Below are positions 44,070 through 60,630 of a DNA stretch of 64,000 bases, one piece after another. The translations under genes and the position numbers were made by a program. How positions within the stretch are numbered: the first letter of the stretch is position 1; each line of letters opens with the position of its first letter. Origin of the DNA: Macrostomum lignano (Eukaryota); the NCBI GenBank assembly GCA_002269645.1, contig NIVC01003171.1:51103-115102 (forward strand), in the 5' to 3' direction. Below the pieces are notes generated by a model that did not search any database, was not told the origin of the DNA, and saw only the letters and a program-made list of their open reading frames with translations.

Positions 44070-44106
44070 CTGAAATGTAGGTGCCCGCGGTGGAATGAGA
44101 GAAAAT

Positions 44107-44153
44107 CAAGGACCACTAGAAGTTTTCCTAGAAGTAATTTCTAGTGGTCCTTG
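44107..44153. repeat. Perfect 15-bp inverted repeat with 17-nt spacer
   Basis: CAAGGACCACTAGAA ... TTCTAGTGGTCCTTG. Confidence 0.9.
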
Positions 44154-45292
44154 GAGAAAAAATGCCCATTTAACACAGAAAATATCCACTCCTAGAGCTC
44201 CATTTGCCAATGCAAGGCGCAACATACCGTACTTGGTGAACTCGCTTTGAATAGGACAGCCAGCCGAGTTTATTGCCACGTCACCTTCAGAGTTCCTGCA
44301 AACTGACGAGTTTTAATTTGCCTTTAACTGATCGCATTTTTGTGTTGTAAGCTTGTGACTATTTTATTGCATCAACTAGTGTTGAAACTCTTCAATCTAA
44401 TCTAGTCAATTCGCCATTTCAAGAGTCAAATTCTCGGCTACCAAAGGTGCGGGGCTTCTCCGTCAAAGGGAGCTGCCGAAAAACTCAGCAGTAAGGCTGA
44501 GCACAGTACGCTCGTACGTGAGTACGTTTTGATGCGTTGGTCGCAATGACTTTAGGGCTAGTGCAATTCCAACTCATTTAGGCCAACCCCATGGCGCAGT
44601 GGTGTGCCTGCTCATGTCATGCATGCTCATGTCATGCATGCTCATGTCATGCGTGATCATGTCATGCATGCTCATGTCATGTCAACAGGTAGACAAGTCG
44701 CAGCAGGGCTCCAGGTATATGTAGGTGAAGCGTAAGGAGATTCTGAGACCGAGTGAAGCCCGGAGGATCTGTGCGCACCGCGTGACGCTGCAGTAGGCGC
44801 TGTCGGGGGTTCCCAGGTGGCTGGCCCTCTTTGGATCTGCGGTTGACCATGTCGAAATCCGTCAGGTCGATGGTGATCGCCATCTCTGCGAAGAACTGGC
44901 CGGGACCCGGATACTCTGTTTGGGCAGTGTCCAGTTTGACAGCCAATTGAATTTCGTTTTACCTTTTTTGGATTGTATCACCAGCTAGCAGAGACAAACA
45001 AAAGACGAAGTCGATATTAGCTGATACTGACCGCAGACAGGCGGTGCCACCAACGAAACCGAAGAAGTTGAAAGCCAAAATTGAATATCAGGTCAGTCAG
45101 TTCATCCCCTTTTTAAAAGGAATTTTTACCAACGTAGCAACCCAACCTCAGTGAATTGATTAATTGGTTAGTTGAAAGATAACTTAATGTGACTTAAGGC
45201 TACATAAAATCGGTCAATATTGATAGCGGCACCCAAAAAAGCCGTTAAAAAGAGCGACTCTCGACCTAAAGTTCCAGAACTCACTCTAGCAA

Positions 45293-46110
45293 TCACTCCG
45301 GGCACTCACTCACTCCGGGCACTCACTCACTCCGGGCACTCACTCACTCCGGGCACTCACTCACTCCGGGCACTCACTCACTCCGGGCACTCACTCACTC
45401 CGGGCACTCACTCACTCCGGGCACTCATTCACTCCGGGCACTCATTCACTCCGGGCACTCACTCACTCCGGGCACTCACTCACTCCGGGCACTCACTCAC
45501 TCCGGGCACTCACTCACTCCGGGCACTCACTCACTCCGGGCACTCACTCACTCCGGGCACTCACTCACTCCGGGCAATCACTCACTCCGGGCACTCACTC
45601 ACTCCGGGCACTCACTCACTCCGGGCACTCACTCACTCCGGGCACTCACTCACTCCGGGCACTCACTCACTCCGGGCACTCATTCACTCCGGGCACTCAC
45701 TCACTCCGGGCACTCACTCACTCCGGGCACTCACTCACTCCGGGCACTCACTCACTCCGGGCACTCACTCACTCCGGGCACTCACTCACTCCGGGCACTC
45801 ACTCACTCCGGGCACTCACTCACTCCGGGCACTCACTCACTCCGGGCACTCACTCACTCCGGGCAATCACTCACTCCGGGCACTCACTCACTCCGGGCAC
45901 TCACTCACTCCGGGCACTCACTCACTCCGGGCACTCACTCACTCCGGGCACTCACTCACTCCGGGCACTCATTCACTCCGGGCACTCACTCACTCCGGGC
46001 ACTCACTCACTCCGGGCACTCACTCACTCCGGGCACTCACTCACTCCGGGCACTCACTCACTCCGGGCACTCACTCACTCCGGGCACTCACTCACTCCGG
46101 GCACTCACTC
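45293..46110. repeat. 17-bp minisatellite (CCGGGCACTCACTCACT)
   Basis: About 48 copies. Confidence 0.97.
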
Positions 46111-46434
46111 ACTAGCTCACCCAGCAACTCGGGCACGAAGAAAGTTATGAACGGCAAGCTTCTCTGGAAGCTCAGAGTTCCGCGTTCGTCTGCATCAAAT
46201 ACGGTCTGCGCAGCGAAACCTGCGGTATGTGATGGAGGTTTGCGGGATACTCACTGGAATGAAATTAACAAGGCCATCGGTAACACAATCGGTAACATCT
46301 GTTGTATGTACTACGAGTGTAGAAAGAAAATTATAACTTGAATAAACCCGTGCACTGTTGATATATTCATGGATTAAAATATTCAATTTAAAATGCTGCA
46401 AAAAATCTATAATTTTATGATGAAATCCCTTGTC

Positions 46435-49400
46435 TGACTGGTTGATTGACTTGTTGATTTGTTGCTTGTTTGATTGATTAGGTGATCGGTTGGTTGATTG
46501 ACTGACTGATCGGTTGGTTGGTTGACTGATTGACTGATCGGTTGGTTGGTTGACTGACTGACTGATCGGTTGGTTGATTGACTGACTGACTGATCGATTG
46601 GTTGGTTGACTGACTGATCGGTTGGTTGGTTGACTGACTGACTGATCGATTGGTTGGTTGACTGACTGATCGGTTGGTTGGTTGACTGACTGACTGATCG
46701 GTTGGTTGGTTGACTGACTGACTGATCGGTTGGTTGGTTGACTGACTGACTAATCGGTTGGTTGGTTGACTGATCGGTTGGTTGGTTGACTGACTGATTG
46801 GTTGGTTGACTGACTGACTGATTGGTTGGTTGATTGACTGATCGGTTGGTTGGTTGACTGACTGACTGATCGGTTGGTTGGTTGACTGACTGATTGGTTG
46901 GTTGACTGACTGACTGATTGGTTGGTTGATTGACTGATCGGTTGGTTGGTTGACTGACTGATTGGTTGGTTGATTGACTGACTGACTGATTGGTTGATTG
47001 ATTGACTGATCGGTTGGTTGATTGACTGACTGATTGGTTGGTTGATTGACTGACTGACTGATTGGTTGGTTGATTGACTGACTGACTGATTGGTTGGTTG
47101 ATTGACTGACTGACTGATCGGTTGGTTGATTGACTGACTGACTGATTGGTTGGTTGATTGACTGACTGATCGGTTGGTTGATTGACTGACTGACTGATTG
47201 GTTGGTTGATTGACTGACTGACTGATTGGTTGGTTGATTGACTGACTGACTGATCGGTTGGTTGATTGACTGACTGACTGATTGGTTGGTTGATTGACTG
47301 ACTGATCGGTTGGTTGGTTGATTGACTGATCGGTTGGTTGGTTGACTGACTGACTGATTGGTTGGTTGATTGACTGACTGACTGATCGGTTGGTTGATTG
47401 ACTGACTGACTGATTGGTTGGTTGATTGATTGACTGACTGATCGGTTGGTTGATTGACTGACTGACTGATCGGTTGGTTGATTGACTGACTGACTGATTG
47501 GTTGGTTGATTGACTGACTGACTGATCGGTTGGTTGATTGACTGACTGACTGATTGGTTGGTTGATTGACTGACTGATCGGTTGGTTGGTTGATTGACTG
47601 ATCGGTTGGTTGGTTGACTGACTGACTGATTGGTTGGTTGATTGATTGACTGACTGATCGGTTGGTTGATTGACTGACTGACTGATTGGTTGGTTGATTG
47701 ACTGACTGACTGATCGGTTGGTTGATTGACTGACTGACTGATCGGTTGGTTGATTGACTGACTGACTAATCGGTTGGTTGGTTGACTGACGGTTGGTTGG
47801 TTGACTGACTGATTGGTTGGTTGACTGACTGACTGATTGGTTGGTTGATTGACTGATCGGTTGGTTGGTTGACTGACTGACTGATCGGTTGGTTGGTTGA
47901 CTGACTGATTGGTTGGTTGACTGACTGACTGATTGGTTGGTTGATTGACTGATCGGTTGGTTGGTTGACTGACTGATTGGTTGGTTGATTGACTGACTGA
48001 CTGATTGGTTGATTGATTGACTGATCGGTTGGTTGATTGACTGACTGATTGGTTGGTTGATTGACTGACTGACTGATTGGTTGGTTGATTGACTGACTGA
48101 CTGATTGGTTGGTTGATTGACTGACTGACTGATCGGTTGGTTGATTGACTGACTGACTGATTGGTTGGTTGATTGACTGACTGATCGGTTGGTTGATTGA
48201 CTGACTGACTGATTGGTTGGTTGATTGACTGACTGACTGATTGGTTGGTTGATTGACTGACTGACTGATCGGTTGGTTGATTGACTGACTGACTGATTGG
48301 TTGGTTGATTGACTGACTGATCGGTTGGTTGGTTGATTGACTGATCGGTTGGTTGGTTGACTGACTGACTGATTGGTTGGTTGATTGACTGACTGACTGA
48401 TCGGTTGGTTGATTGACTGACTGACTGATTGGTTGGTTGATTGATTGACTGACTGATCGGTTGGTTGATTGACTGACTGACTGATCGGTTGGTTGATTGA
48501 CTGACTGACTGATTGGTTGGTTGATTGACTGACTGACTGATCGGTTGGTTGATTGACTGACTGACTGATTGGTTGGTTGATTGACTGACTGATCGGTTGG
48601 TTGGTTGATTGACTGATCGGTTGGTTGGTTGACTGACTGACTGATTGGTTGATTGATTGACTGATCGGTTGGTTGATTGACTGACTGATTGGTTGGTTGA
48701 TTGACTGACTGACTGATTGGTTGGTTGATTGACTGACTGACTGATTGGTTGGTTGATTGACTGACTGACTGATCGGTTGGTTGATTGACTGACTGACTGA
48801 TTGGTTGGTTGATTGACTGACTGATCGGTTGGTTGGTTGATTGACTGATCGGTTGGTTGGTTGACTGACTGACTGATTGGTTGGTTGATTGACTGACTGA
48901 CTGATCGGTTGGTTGATTGACTGACTGACTGATTGGTTGGTTGATTGATTGACTGACTGATCGGTTGGTTGATTGACTGACTGACTGATCGGTTGGTTGA
49001 TTGACTGACTGACTGATTGGTTGGTTGATTGACTGACTGACTGATCGGTTGGTTGATTGACTGACTGACTGATTGGTTGGTTGATTGACTGACTGATCGG
49101 TTGGTTGGTTGATTGACTGATCGGTTGGTTGGTTGACTGACTGACTGATTGGTTGGTTGATTGATTGACTGACTGATCGGTTGGTTGATTGACTGACTGA
49201 CTGATTGGTTGGTTGATTGACTGACTGACTGATCGGTTGGTTGATTGACTGACTGACTGATCGGTTGGTTGATTGACTGACTGACTGATCGGTTGGTTGA
49301 TTGACTGACTGACTGATCGGTTGGTTGATTGACTGACTGATCGGTTGGTTGATTGACTGACTGATTGGTTGGTTGATTGACTGACTGATTGGTTGGTTGA

Positions 49401-49690
49401 TTGACTGACTGATTGGTTGGTTGATTGACTGACTGATTGGTTGGTTGATTGACTGACTGATCGGTTGGTTGATTGACTGACTGACTGATCGGTTGGTTGA
49501 TTGACTGACTGATTGGTTGGTTGGTTGACTGACTGATTGGTTGGTTGGTTGATTGACTGACTGATCGGTTGGTTGATTGACTGACTGATTGGTTGGTTGA
49601 TTGACTGACTGATCGGTTGGTTGATTGACTGACTGATCAGTTGGTTGATTGACTGACTGACTGATCGGTTGATTAATTGATTGATTGATA
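46435..49690. repeat. 3.2-kb compound tetranucleotide array (GACT/GGTT/GATT/GATC)
   Basis: Direct reading; the 643-aa ORF is an artefact. Confidence 0.98.
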
Positions 49691-49823
49691 AAACCAACTG
49701 AGCGATGGGTATACTTCAGAGTTCATAGCCCTGCCTATTTTGAAACATTAATTGCAGAAAAAGCATGGAAAATTCCTAAGGGAACACCTAGCGTCAAGCT
49801 ATTCAAGCATGATAGCCGCTCAC

Positions 49824-50183
49824 CACTGACCCGCACCGCTCTGTACAGCAGCCGGAAGCCACTGCCGCTGCCGGAGAGCCCGAAGAACTGCATGCTCATC
49901 CGGCTGACGCTGACCGAACCCACCGCCGGTGGCTCGCCTCGAGCCGCGGCTCTGCACAGCGAGCTGTCGTTCGCCGGTCCGTCAAACAGGGCGAGAAAGT
50001 CGGAGCTGGGGTCGACGTCAATGTGGGTGACTCCAGCCACGATCACGGACCCGGCCGGCGCTCGGATGGCGACGAGGCAGGCGGTGCCGCTGCTGAACTG
50101 CGAGCTGGCGTTGAAGCCGGAGTGGCTCACCAGGTCAGCGAAGTCTCCGTCCGCACTGCTCAGCTCGATGTCTGCGCCGCAAA
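49824..50183 (-). CDS. Intact phase-1/1 CUB domain exon
   Basis: CGADIELSS...SHSGF...CLVAIRAPAGS...DVDPSSDFLALFDG...SGSGFRLLYRAV; 360 nt bounded by AG and GT. Confidence 0.85.
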
Positions 50184-51104
50184 CTGATGGAGAGGAATGG
50201 AAGCTGGTGATCTCAGTTCAAGTCGCTTCTCTGTGGAAACTTAAAAAAGCTGGAAACTGCACTGAAATTTCGCACCTTTTCTGTGGCTGCTGATTGCCTA
50301 ATATTTGAATGTAAATCCAGTTTCATAGCTGGAATTTTCTCTAACAATTTCACGCCAATATAATTACTGGTGGAGGCAAATGTCTTTGAGCTGAAGTTGT
50401 CCTTTCTGAGGATCCGCGACACATGAAAGAGAAGCCGATCAGTGTAAGGATTGGCGCCATCAACCACACATCCAATTCGGAGTTGACATTCACTTGGCTG
50501 AGGCGCTGCAGCACCTCGTAACCTGGCGGAGCTCTCACTGCCCAGACGCAAGACACTCTGGGGTCCGAGTCCGAACGGACCACAGCCGTAGCCACGGCAG
50601 TTCCCGGTGAGACGCTGAGCCGCCAAGTTGACGGTTCAACACTTTGGCAAACTGTGGGGTTTCAACAGTCCTGTAATCCTAAGGCGCCGGAGATCTGCGG
50701 CTGCCACTGCCCTAGCCCTGTGTTCGTGTCGATTGGCGCAACCAGCCAGGACATGTTTTGACCTTGAAGATTGTAACTATTTTTAATAGTTTTATTCAGT
50801 GAAATTTGCACTGAAATAAAAGCGAAGTAGTTAAGCAGCCAGGTACTCAATGGAAAATCCCAACTGTTGCTAACTGGAGGTCCTTAACTGTAAGAGGTCA
50901 GTCAACTGGGTAGCTATTGAAGATCGTTGCTGATAGTGATTAACAATTTTTGTCAATTTTCCTGTATAAGAGAGGGGACGCCACCACAAACCCTAAAAAT
51001 CACAACCTCGAAACGCACCTCTCATCACAAATCCGAAATATCACATTCTCGAAAACTCTTCCCGAAATATTTCATGAAATTCGAGAAGATTCATGAGATT
51101 CATA

Positions 51105-51780
51105 AAGATTCTCAGGGAGATTGTCATGGAGATTTTCACGGAGGTTCTCATGCAGATTTCCAGGGAGATTTTCAGGGAGATTCTCAGGGATATTCTAAGG
51201 GAGATTCTCGTGAAAATTCTCAGGGAGATTCTTGGGAAGATTCTCGGGAAGATTCTCGGGGAGATTGTCAGGGAGATTGTCATGAAGATTCTCAGGGAGA
51301 TTGTCATGAAGATTCTCATGAAGATTCTGAGGGAGATTGTCATGAAGATTCTCAGGGAGATTGTCATGAAGATTCTCAGGGAGATTGTCATGAAGATTCT
51401 CATGAAGATTCTGAGGGAGATTGTCATGAAGATTCTCATGGAGATTGTCATGAAGATTCTCAGGGAGATTGTCATGAAGATTCTCAGGGAGATTGTCATG
51501 AAGATTCTCAGGGAGATTGTCATGAAGATTCTCAGGGAGATTGTCATGAAGATTCTCAGGGAGATTGTCATGAAGATTCTCAGGGAGATTGTCATGAAGA
51601 TTCTCAGGGAGATTGTCATGAAGATTCTCAGGGAGATTGTCATGAAGATTCTCAGGGAGATTGTCATGAAGATTCTCAGAGAGATTGTCATGAAGATTCT
51701 CATGAAGATTCTCAGGGAGCTTGTCATGAAGATTCTCAGGGAGATTCTCATGCAGATTTCCAGGGAGATTCTCAGGGGAA
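51105..51780. repeat. 24-bp minisatellite (GAGATTGTCATGAAGATTCTCAGG)
   Basis: Direct reading. Confidence 0.96.
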
Positions 51781-52214
51781 GAGGGAAGATGCCTAAGAGA
51801 CGATGGCAGATTCTGAAGTGCTGTTATTCAGCTAACTGATATTGTTCAGTTTCTCGGGATCGCCAACGAGTAACAGAGGTCAGAACTGATCAAATTAGCG
51901 ATTTACCGCTGAAAAATCACCCGAAAATTTTATTCATAAGTATATTCCGAAACTGTAAACTCCGGCATTTGCACGAAAACTACTGTAAGTAGGCTTCAGC
52001 GACTATTGCAGGTGAGTTTTTTAATTTAACGCTTTACATTATATTTATGGAGTTGACGTCAGGACAATTCCAAAGTTAAGTTTATGTACCATTTAAGTAC
52101 TTAGGAGTGTACAGTTTGTACACTGTAGGTACAACAATCGTTCCTTATTCCACGAGCCAAAAGTCGCACTATAAGGTCTTTCTCCACAAGCACTTTAACA
52201 ATCAGCCTCGTCTA

Positions 52215-55200
52215 ATGGCTCAAGCGAGACAGCAGCGCACGCTGAAAAGGCGAGGAGCTGGAGGCGGCGCCGGCTGCCTCACAGGCAGCAGCGAAGACTG
52301 CGGCCATCAACAGGTACACTGTGGGTGAGCTTGGCTTTCACACACGGCTTTGAGCTTTGACTGCTCGCAGTGTGGCTTGCTGGGTTTAGTAATCCAGAAA
52401 TTACTTCCGTCAGAGGACTGCAGGCACAGCGCCCATCATAGCGCCACTCATAGCGCCACTCATAGCGCCACTCATAGCGCCACTCATAGCGCCACTCATA
52501 GCGCCACTCATAGCGCCACTCATAGCGCCACTCATAGCGGCACTCATAGCGCCACCCTTAGCGCCACTCATAGCGGCACTCATAGCGCCACTCATAGCGC
52601 CACTCATAGCGCCACTCATAGCGCCACTCATAGCGCCACCCATAGCGCCACTCATAGCGCCACTCATAGCGGCACTCATAGCGGCACTCATAGCGCCACC
52701 CTTAGCGCCACTCATAGCGCCACTCATAGCGGCACTCATAGCGCCACTCATAGCGCCACCCTTAGCGCCACTCATAGCGCCACTCATAGCGCCACTCATA
52801 GCGGCACTCATAGCGCCACTCATAGCACCACTCATAGCGCCACCCATAGCGCCACTCATAGCGCCACTCATAGCGGCACTCATAGCGGCACTCATAGCGC
52901 CACCCTTAGCGGCACTCATAGCGCCACTCATAGCGCCACCCATAGCGCCACTCATAGCGCCACTCATAGCGCCACTCATAGCGCCACCCATAGCGCCACT
53001 CATAGCGCCACTCATAGCGCCGCTCATAGCGCCACCCATAGCGTCAACCATAGCGCCACTCATAGCGCCACCCATAGCGCCACCCATAGCGCCACTCATA
53101 GCGGCACTCATAGCGCCACTCATAGCGGCACTCATAGCGCCACTCATAGCGGCACTCATAGCGCCACCCATAGCGCCACTCATAGCGCCACTCATAGCGC
53201 CACCCATAGCGCCACTCATAGCGCCACTCATAGCGCCACTCATAGCGGCACTCATAGCGGCACTCATAGCGGCACTCATAGCGCCACCCTTAGCGCCACT
53301 CATAGCGCCACTCATAGCGCCACTCATAGCGCCACTCATAGCGGCACTCATAGCGCCACCCTTAGCGCCACTCATAGCGCCACTCATAGCGCCACTCATA
53401 GCGCCACTCATAGCGCCACTCATAGCGCCACTCATAGCGCCACTCATAGCGCCACTCATAGTGCCACCCATAGCGCCACTCATAGCGCCACTCATAGTGC
53501 CACTCATAGCGCCACTCATAGCGCCACCCTTAGCGCCACTCATAGCGCCACTCATAGTGCCACTCATAGCGCCACTCATAGCGCCACCCTTAGCGCCACT
53601 CATAGCGCCACTCATAGCGCCACCCATAGCGCCACTCATAGCGCCACTCATAGCGCCACCCTTAGCGCCACTCATAGCGCCACTCATAGTGCCACTCATA
53701 GTGCCACTCATAGCGCCACTCATAGCGCCACCCTTAGCGCCACTCATAGCGCCACTCATAGCGCCACCCATAGCGCCACTCATAGCGCCACCCAGTTTCT
53801 GAAATAATATACCAGTTTCAGTTTTCAGGTTCTGAAGCCCATCTCAAACTCTTTCAGCATGCAATCTGCCCGGGCAAATCTGAGACCAAATTCAAAGAAT
53901 CAATCAAATTGACCGTTCAAAACTGGTCACTCGAACTGCTGAGCTTTGTGGGCCCGGCAGCGCTCCCGGTGCTGCTGGGCCTGCTGACGCACTTGGTGAG
54001 TTTTGTAATTTCGCAAGTGAGTAGCTGTCCTTCGAGGCCAATAAAGGCAGCTTGCAGTCATGGTCTATATATAGACAAAATATTGTCAGTGCTATTTTTA
54101 GCAACCTCAAGGATTTTCCATATTATAAAGCATAGCTAATTTTTTTAACGACATCAATTTGTCACTAGGGGTGAAGTGATTGGGACATGGCACTGCACCC
54201 ATGGCGCCTTTAAGAACATTCAGGTGTAAGCTGACCGACCCGAAGCGATCCTGAGCCCCTCAGTTACGTTCCTGAATCATAATCAGTTCTTCCCTGAACC
54301 CTCAGTTCTTCACTGAACCCTCAGTTAGTCACTGAACCCTCAGTTCTTCACTGAACCCTCAGTTTATCACTGAACCCTCAGTTGGTCACTGAACCCTCAG
54401 TTTATCACTGAACCCTCAGTTCTTCACTGAGCCCTCAGTTCGTCACTGAACCCTCAGTTCGTCACTGAACCCTCAGTTCTTCACTGAACCCTCAGTTCGT
54501 CACTGAACCCTCAGTTCTTCACTGAACCCTCAGTTCTTCACTGAACCCTCAGTTCATCACTGAACCCTCAGTTCGTCACTGAACCCTCAGTTCGTCACTG
54601 AACCCTCAGTTCGTCACTGAACCCTCAGTTCGTCACTGAACCCTCAGTTCGTCACTGAACCCTCAGTTCGTCACTGAACCCTCAGTTCGTCACTGAACCC
54701 TCAGTTCGTCACTGAACCCTCAGTTCGTCACTGAACCCTCAGTTCGTCACTGAACCCTCAGTTCGTCACTGAACCCTCAGTTCGTCACTGAACTCGGTAC
54801 ATGCACTTCCCTGAGCACTCGGGATGTTCCTAAACCCGCTTGGCGCCCTCCTGAGCACTTCGCGAATCCCCTCAACGTTGGGGACTGTCGAATTCCCGGA
54901 CGAGTTTGACTCACCCATCCCCAATTCCGCAGCTGCTGCAGCACCTGGACAGCTGTTTTCCTTGGCTGCTTGCCAGTCCCACTACTCAACAGGCTGTCAA
55001 AGTGATCCCCATCCTGGTCGCCGTGCTCAGCCAGAAGTTCCTCAACTTTGAACTGAAGCCCCTGACTCCGCCAAAATTCTCGGATCCGCAGCCGCAAAGT
55101 GCAGCTCACTCGCTCGCTTCTTGCGATCGTCCTCCTGCTTCAGCCTGCGAATCCGCCGACGTCAACGACTCCACCATCCGGCGGACCAGGCTGGACTTCC

Positions 55201-55709
55201 CCTCCATCCACCCCAACTCCAACATCCTGGACCGGCCTGCTCAGCCAAACCTGCTCAACCCAGCCCTGCAGCCCACCGAGTCGCCAAACGGCAGCTGCAG
55301 CTCCGACAGGCCGCTGCTGCAAGTCACCCAGATTTTGACTCTGCCGCCGGGCTTTCTAGAACAGCTGGCTCGCGCTGCTGCCAGGGGTGAAGGACGGGCC
55401 GAGGGAGAAGCTGCTGAGCTCATTGCCGATGCCAATGTCCCTGCTGCAAATGACCCAGGAAATCCCACGGCCAGTCAGCAGCAGCAACAGCAGCAACAGC
55501 AGCAGCCACAGCAGCAGCCGGTCACAGTCAATGCGGGAACTCCACCGGGTACTCCACCGAGCCCAGGCTCCCATGGTGGGCCTTCGGGCGGGTCGGGCAG
55601 CGGCTCTGGAGACGGCGCCATGACATGCAAGTACGACTATCCGATGTTGGGCCAGCAGCTTAGAGTGAAGCATGAGCTCAGCATCTCACTGAATGCCAAC
55701 ACGGAGTAG
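52215..55709 (+). CDS. Orphan protein (~350 aa) with hydrophobic helices, disordered Q/P/G-rich region and short C-terminal tail; 3 exons
   Basis: Exons ~52215-52324 (needs one A removed from AAAA at ~52244 to be in phase), 53829-53995 and 54933-55709. Peptides LLSFVGPAALPVLLGLLTHL|LLQHLDSCFPWLL...VIPILVAVL. Confidence 0.6.
52428..53792. repeat. 12-bp minisatellite (CATAGCGCCACT), intronic
   Basis: Direct reading. Confidence 0.98.
54290..54790. repeat. 19-bp minisatellite (TCACTGAACCCTCAGTTCG), intronic
   Basis: Direct reading. Confidence 0.97.
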
Positions 55710-55784
55710 GTGGTTTTAATTTCAATATAGTTCCAGATATTCGTTTATAAAAATTTTAATGCTAATAAACTGACTTGCCCTAGT

Positions 55785-56520
<736 letters not shown>

Positions 56521-56913
56521 ATTTAGTAGATAAGCTGTTGCTTGCCAGGTTGTGCTCATTGTACAGACTTCTCATCCACTGCCATTCTCCTAAATAATGT
56601 AAAATTCCATTGAATTTCTAAGAAAGCGCCTTCGCTGATTTGTAGGCCTGTGATTTGTGTTTCTGCAACAAAGCAGAGACAGGGTTGATTGAATGCAATA
56701 TTTTACTGGAAAAAATTTTAATGTGTATCTCTAGTTAGCATCTGTATATTTTTTCAACAAAACATTATTGCATTAAACATTTTAAATAAAATTCGCGTAG
56801 TGAAAAAAGTTACAAAAACAGTCCTGCTGCTTCAGTAAAACAAATCAGTATAACAAAATGGATATTAATTAAATTAAATTCAAAGTTGTCCGCACGGGAG
56901 CCATTTGCACTCG

Positions 56914-60250
<3,337 letters not shown>

Positions 60251-60494
60251 CGAGTCGACGCGGTCTTTGTGCAAACAAAGAGTCCTGGCTTTTGCTACGA
60301 ATGCTGCTGCAAGGGAAATGCAGAAAAGAAACGCCTTTCATTCCAGCCAAACGGCCCCTTGAATTGCTCTCCGCATGTACACGCGCCTCTCCGTGTGTCT
60401 GCGCTCTGATATTCATATTCTTCTCTGTCTTTCGGGCGAGGACTGGCACTAACCGCGGGACTTGGACTGGGACTGATCGCGGGACTATGAATGA

Positions 60495-60630
60495 TCTTGG
60501 GGACTAGGAGCGATACTCTTGGGACTAGGAGTGATACTCTTGGGACTAGGAGTGATACTCTTGGGACTAGGAGTGATACTCTTGGACTAGGAGTGATACT
60601 CTTGGGACTAGGAGTGATACTCTTGGGACT
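60495..60630. repeat. 21-bp minisatellite (GGGACTAGGAGTGATACTCTT)
   Basis: About 6 copies. Confidence 0.93.

Larger units (their letters stand above)
39680..50625 (-). pseudogene. Multi-CUB (+PAN/Apple-like) extracellular protein locus or tandem cluster, many units frameshifted
   Basis: CUB-like exons at ~50350-50625, 49824-50183, ~44690-44880, 43665-44069, ~42975-43380, ~42385-42765, ~41939-42225, 40753-41202 and ~40282-40662, showing C..I.AP.G, D.EP..D...FDG and F.S/TD....GF...Y/F motifs. PAN-like pieces at ~43436-43586 and 39680-39929. Confidence 0.75.

Noticed and set aside
45220-53807. 373-, 643-, 289-, 485- and 457-aa ORFs
   Set aside because: Pure minisatellite or microsatellite translations (17-, 4-, 24- and 12-bp units).
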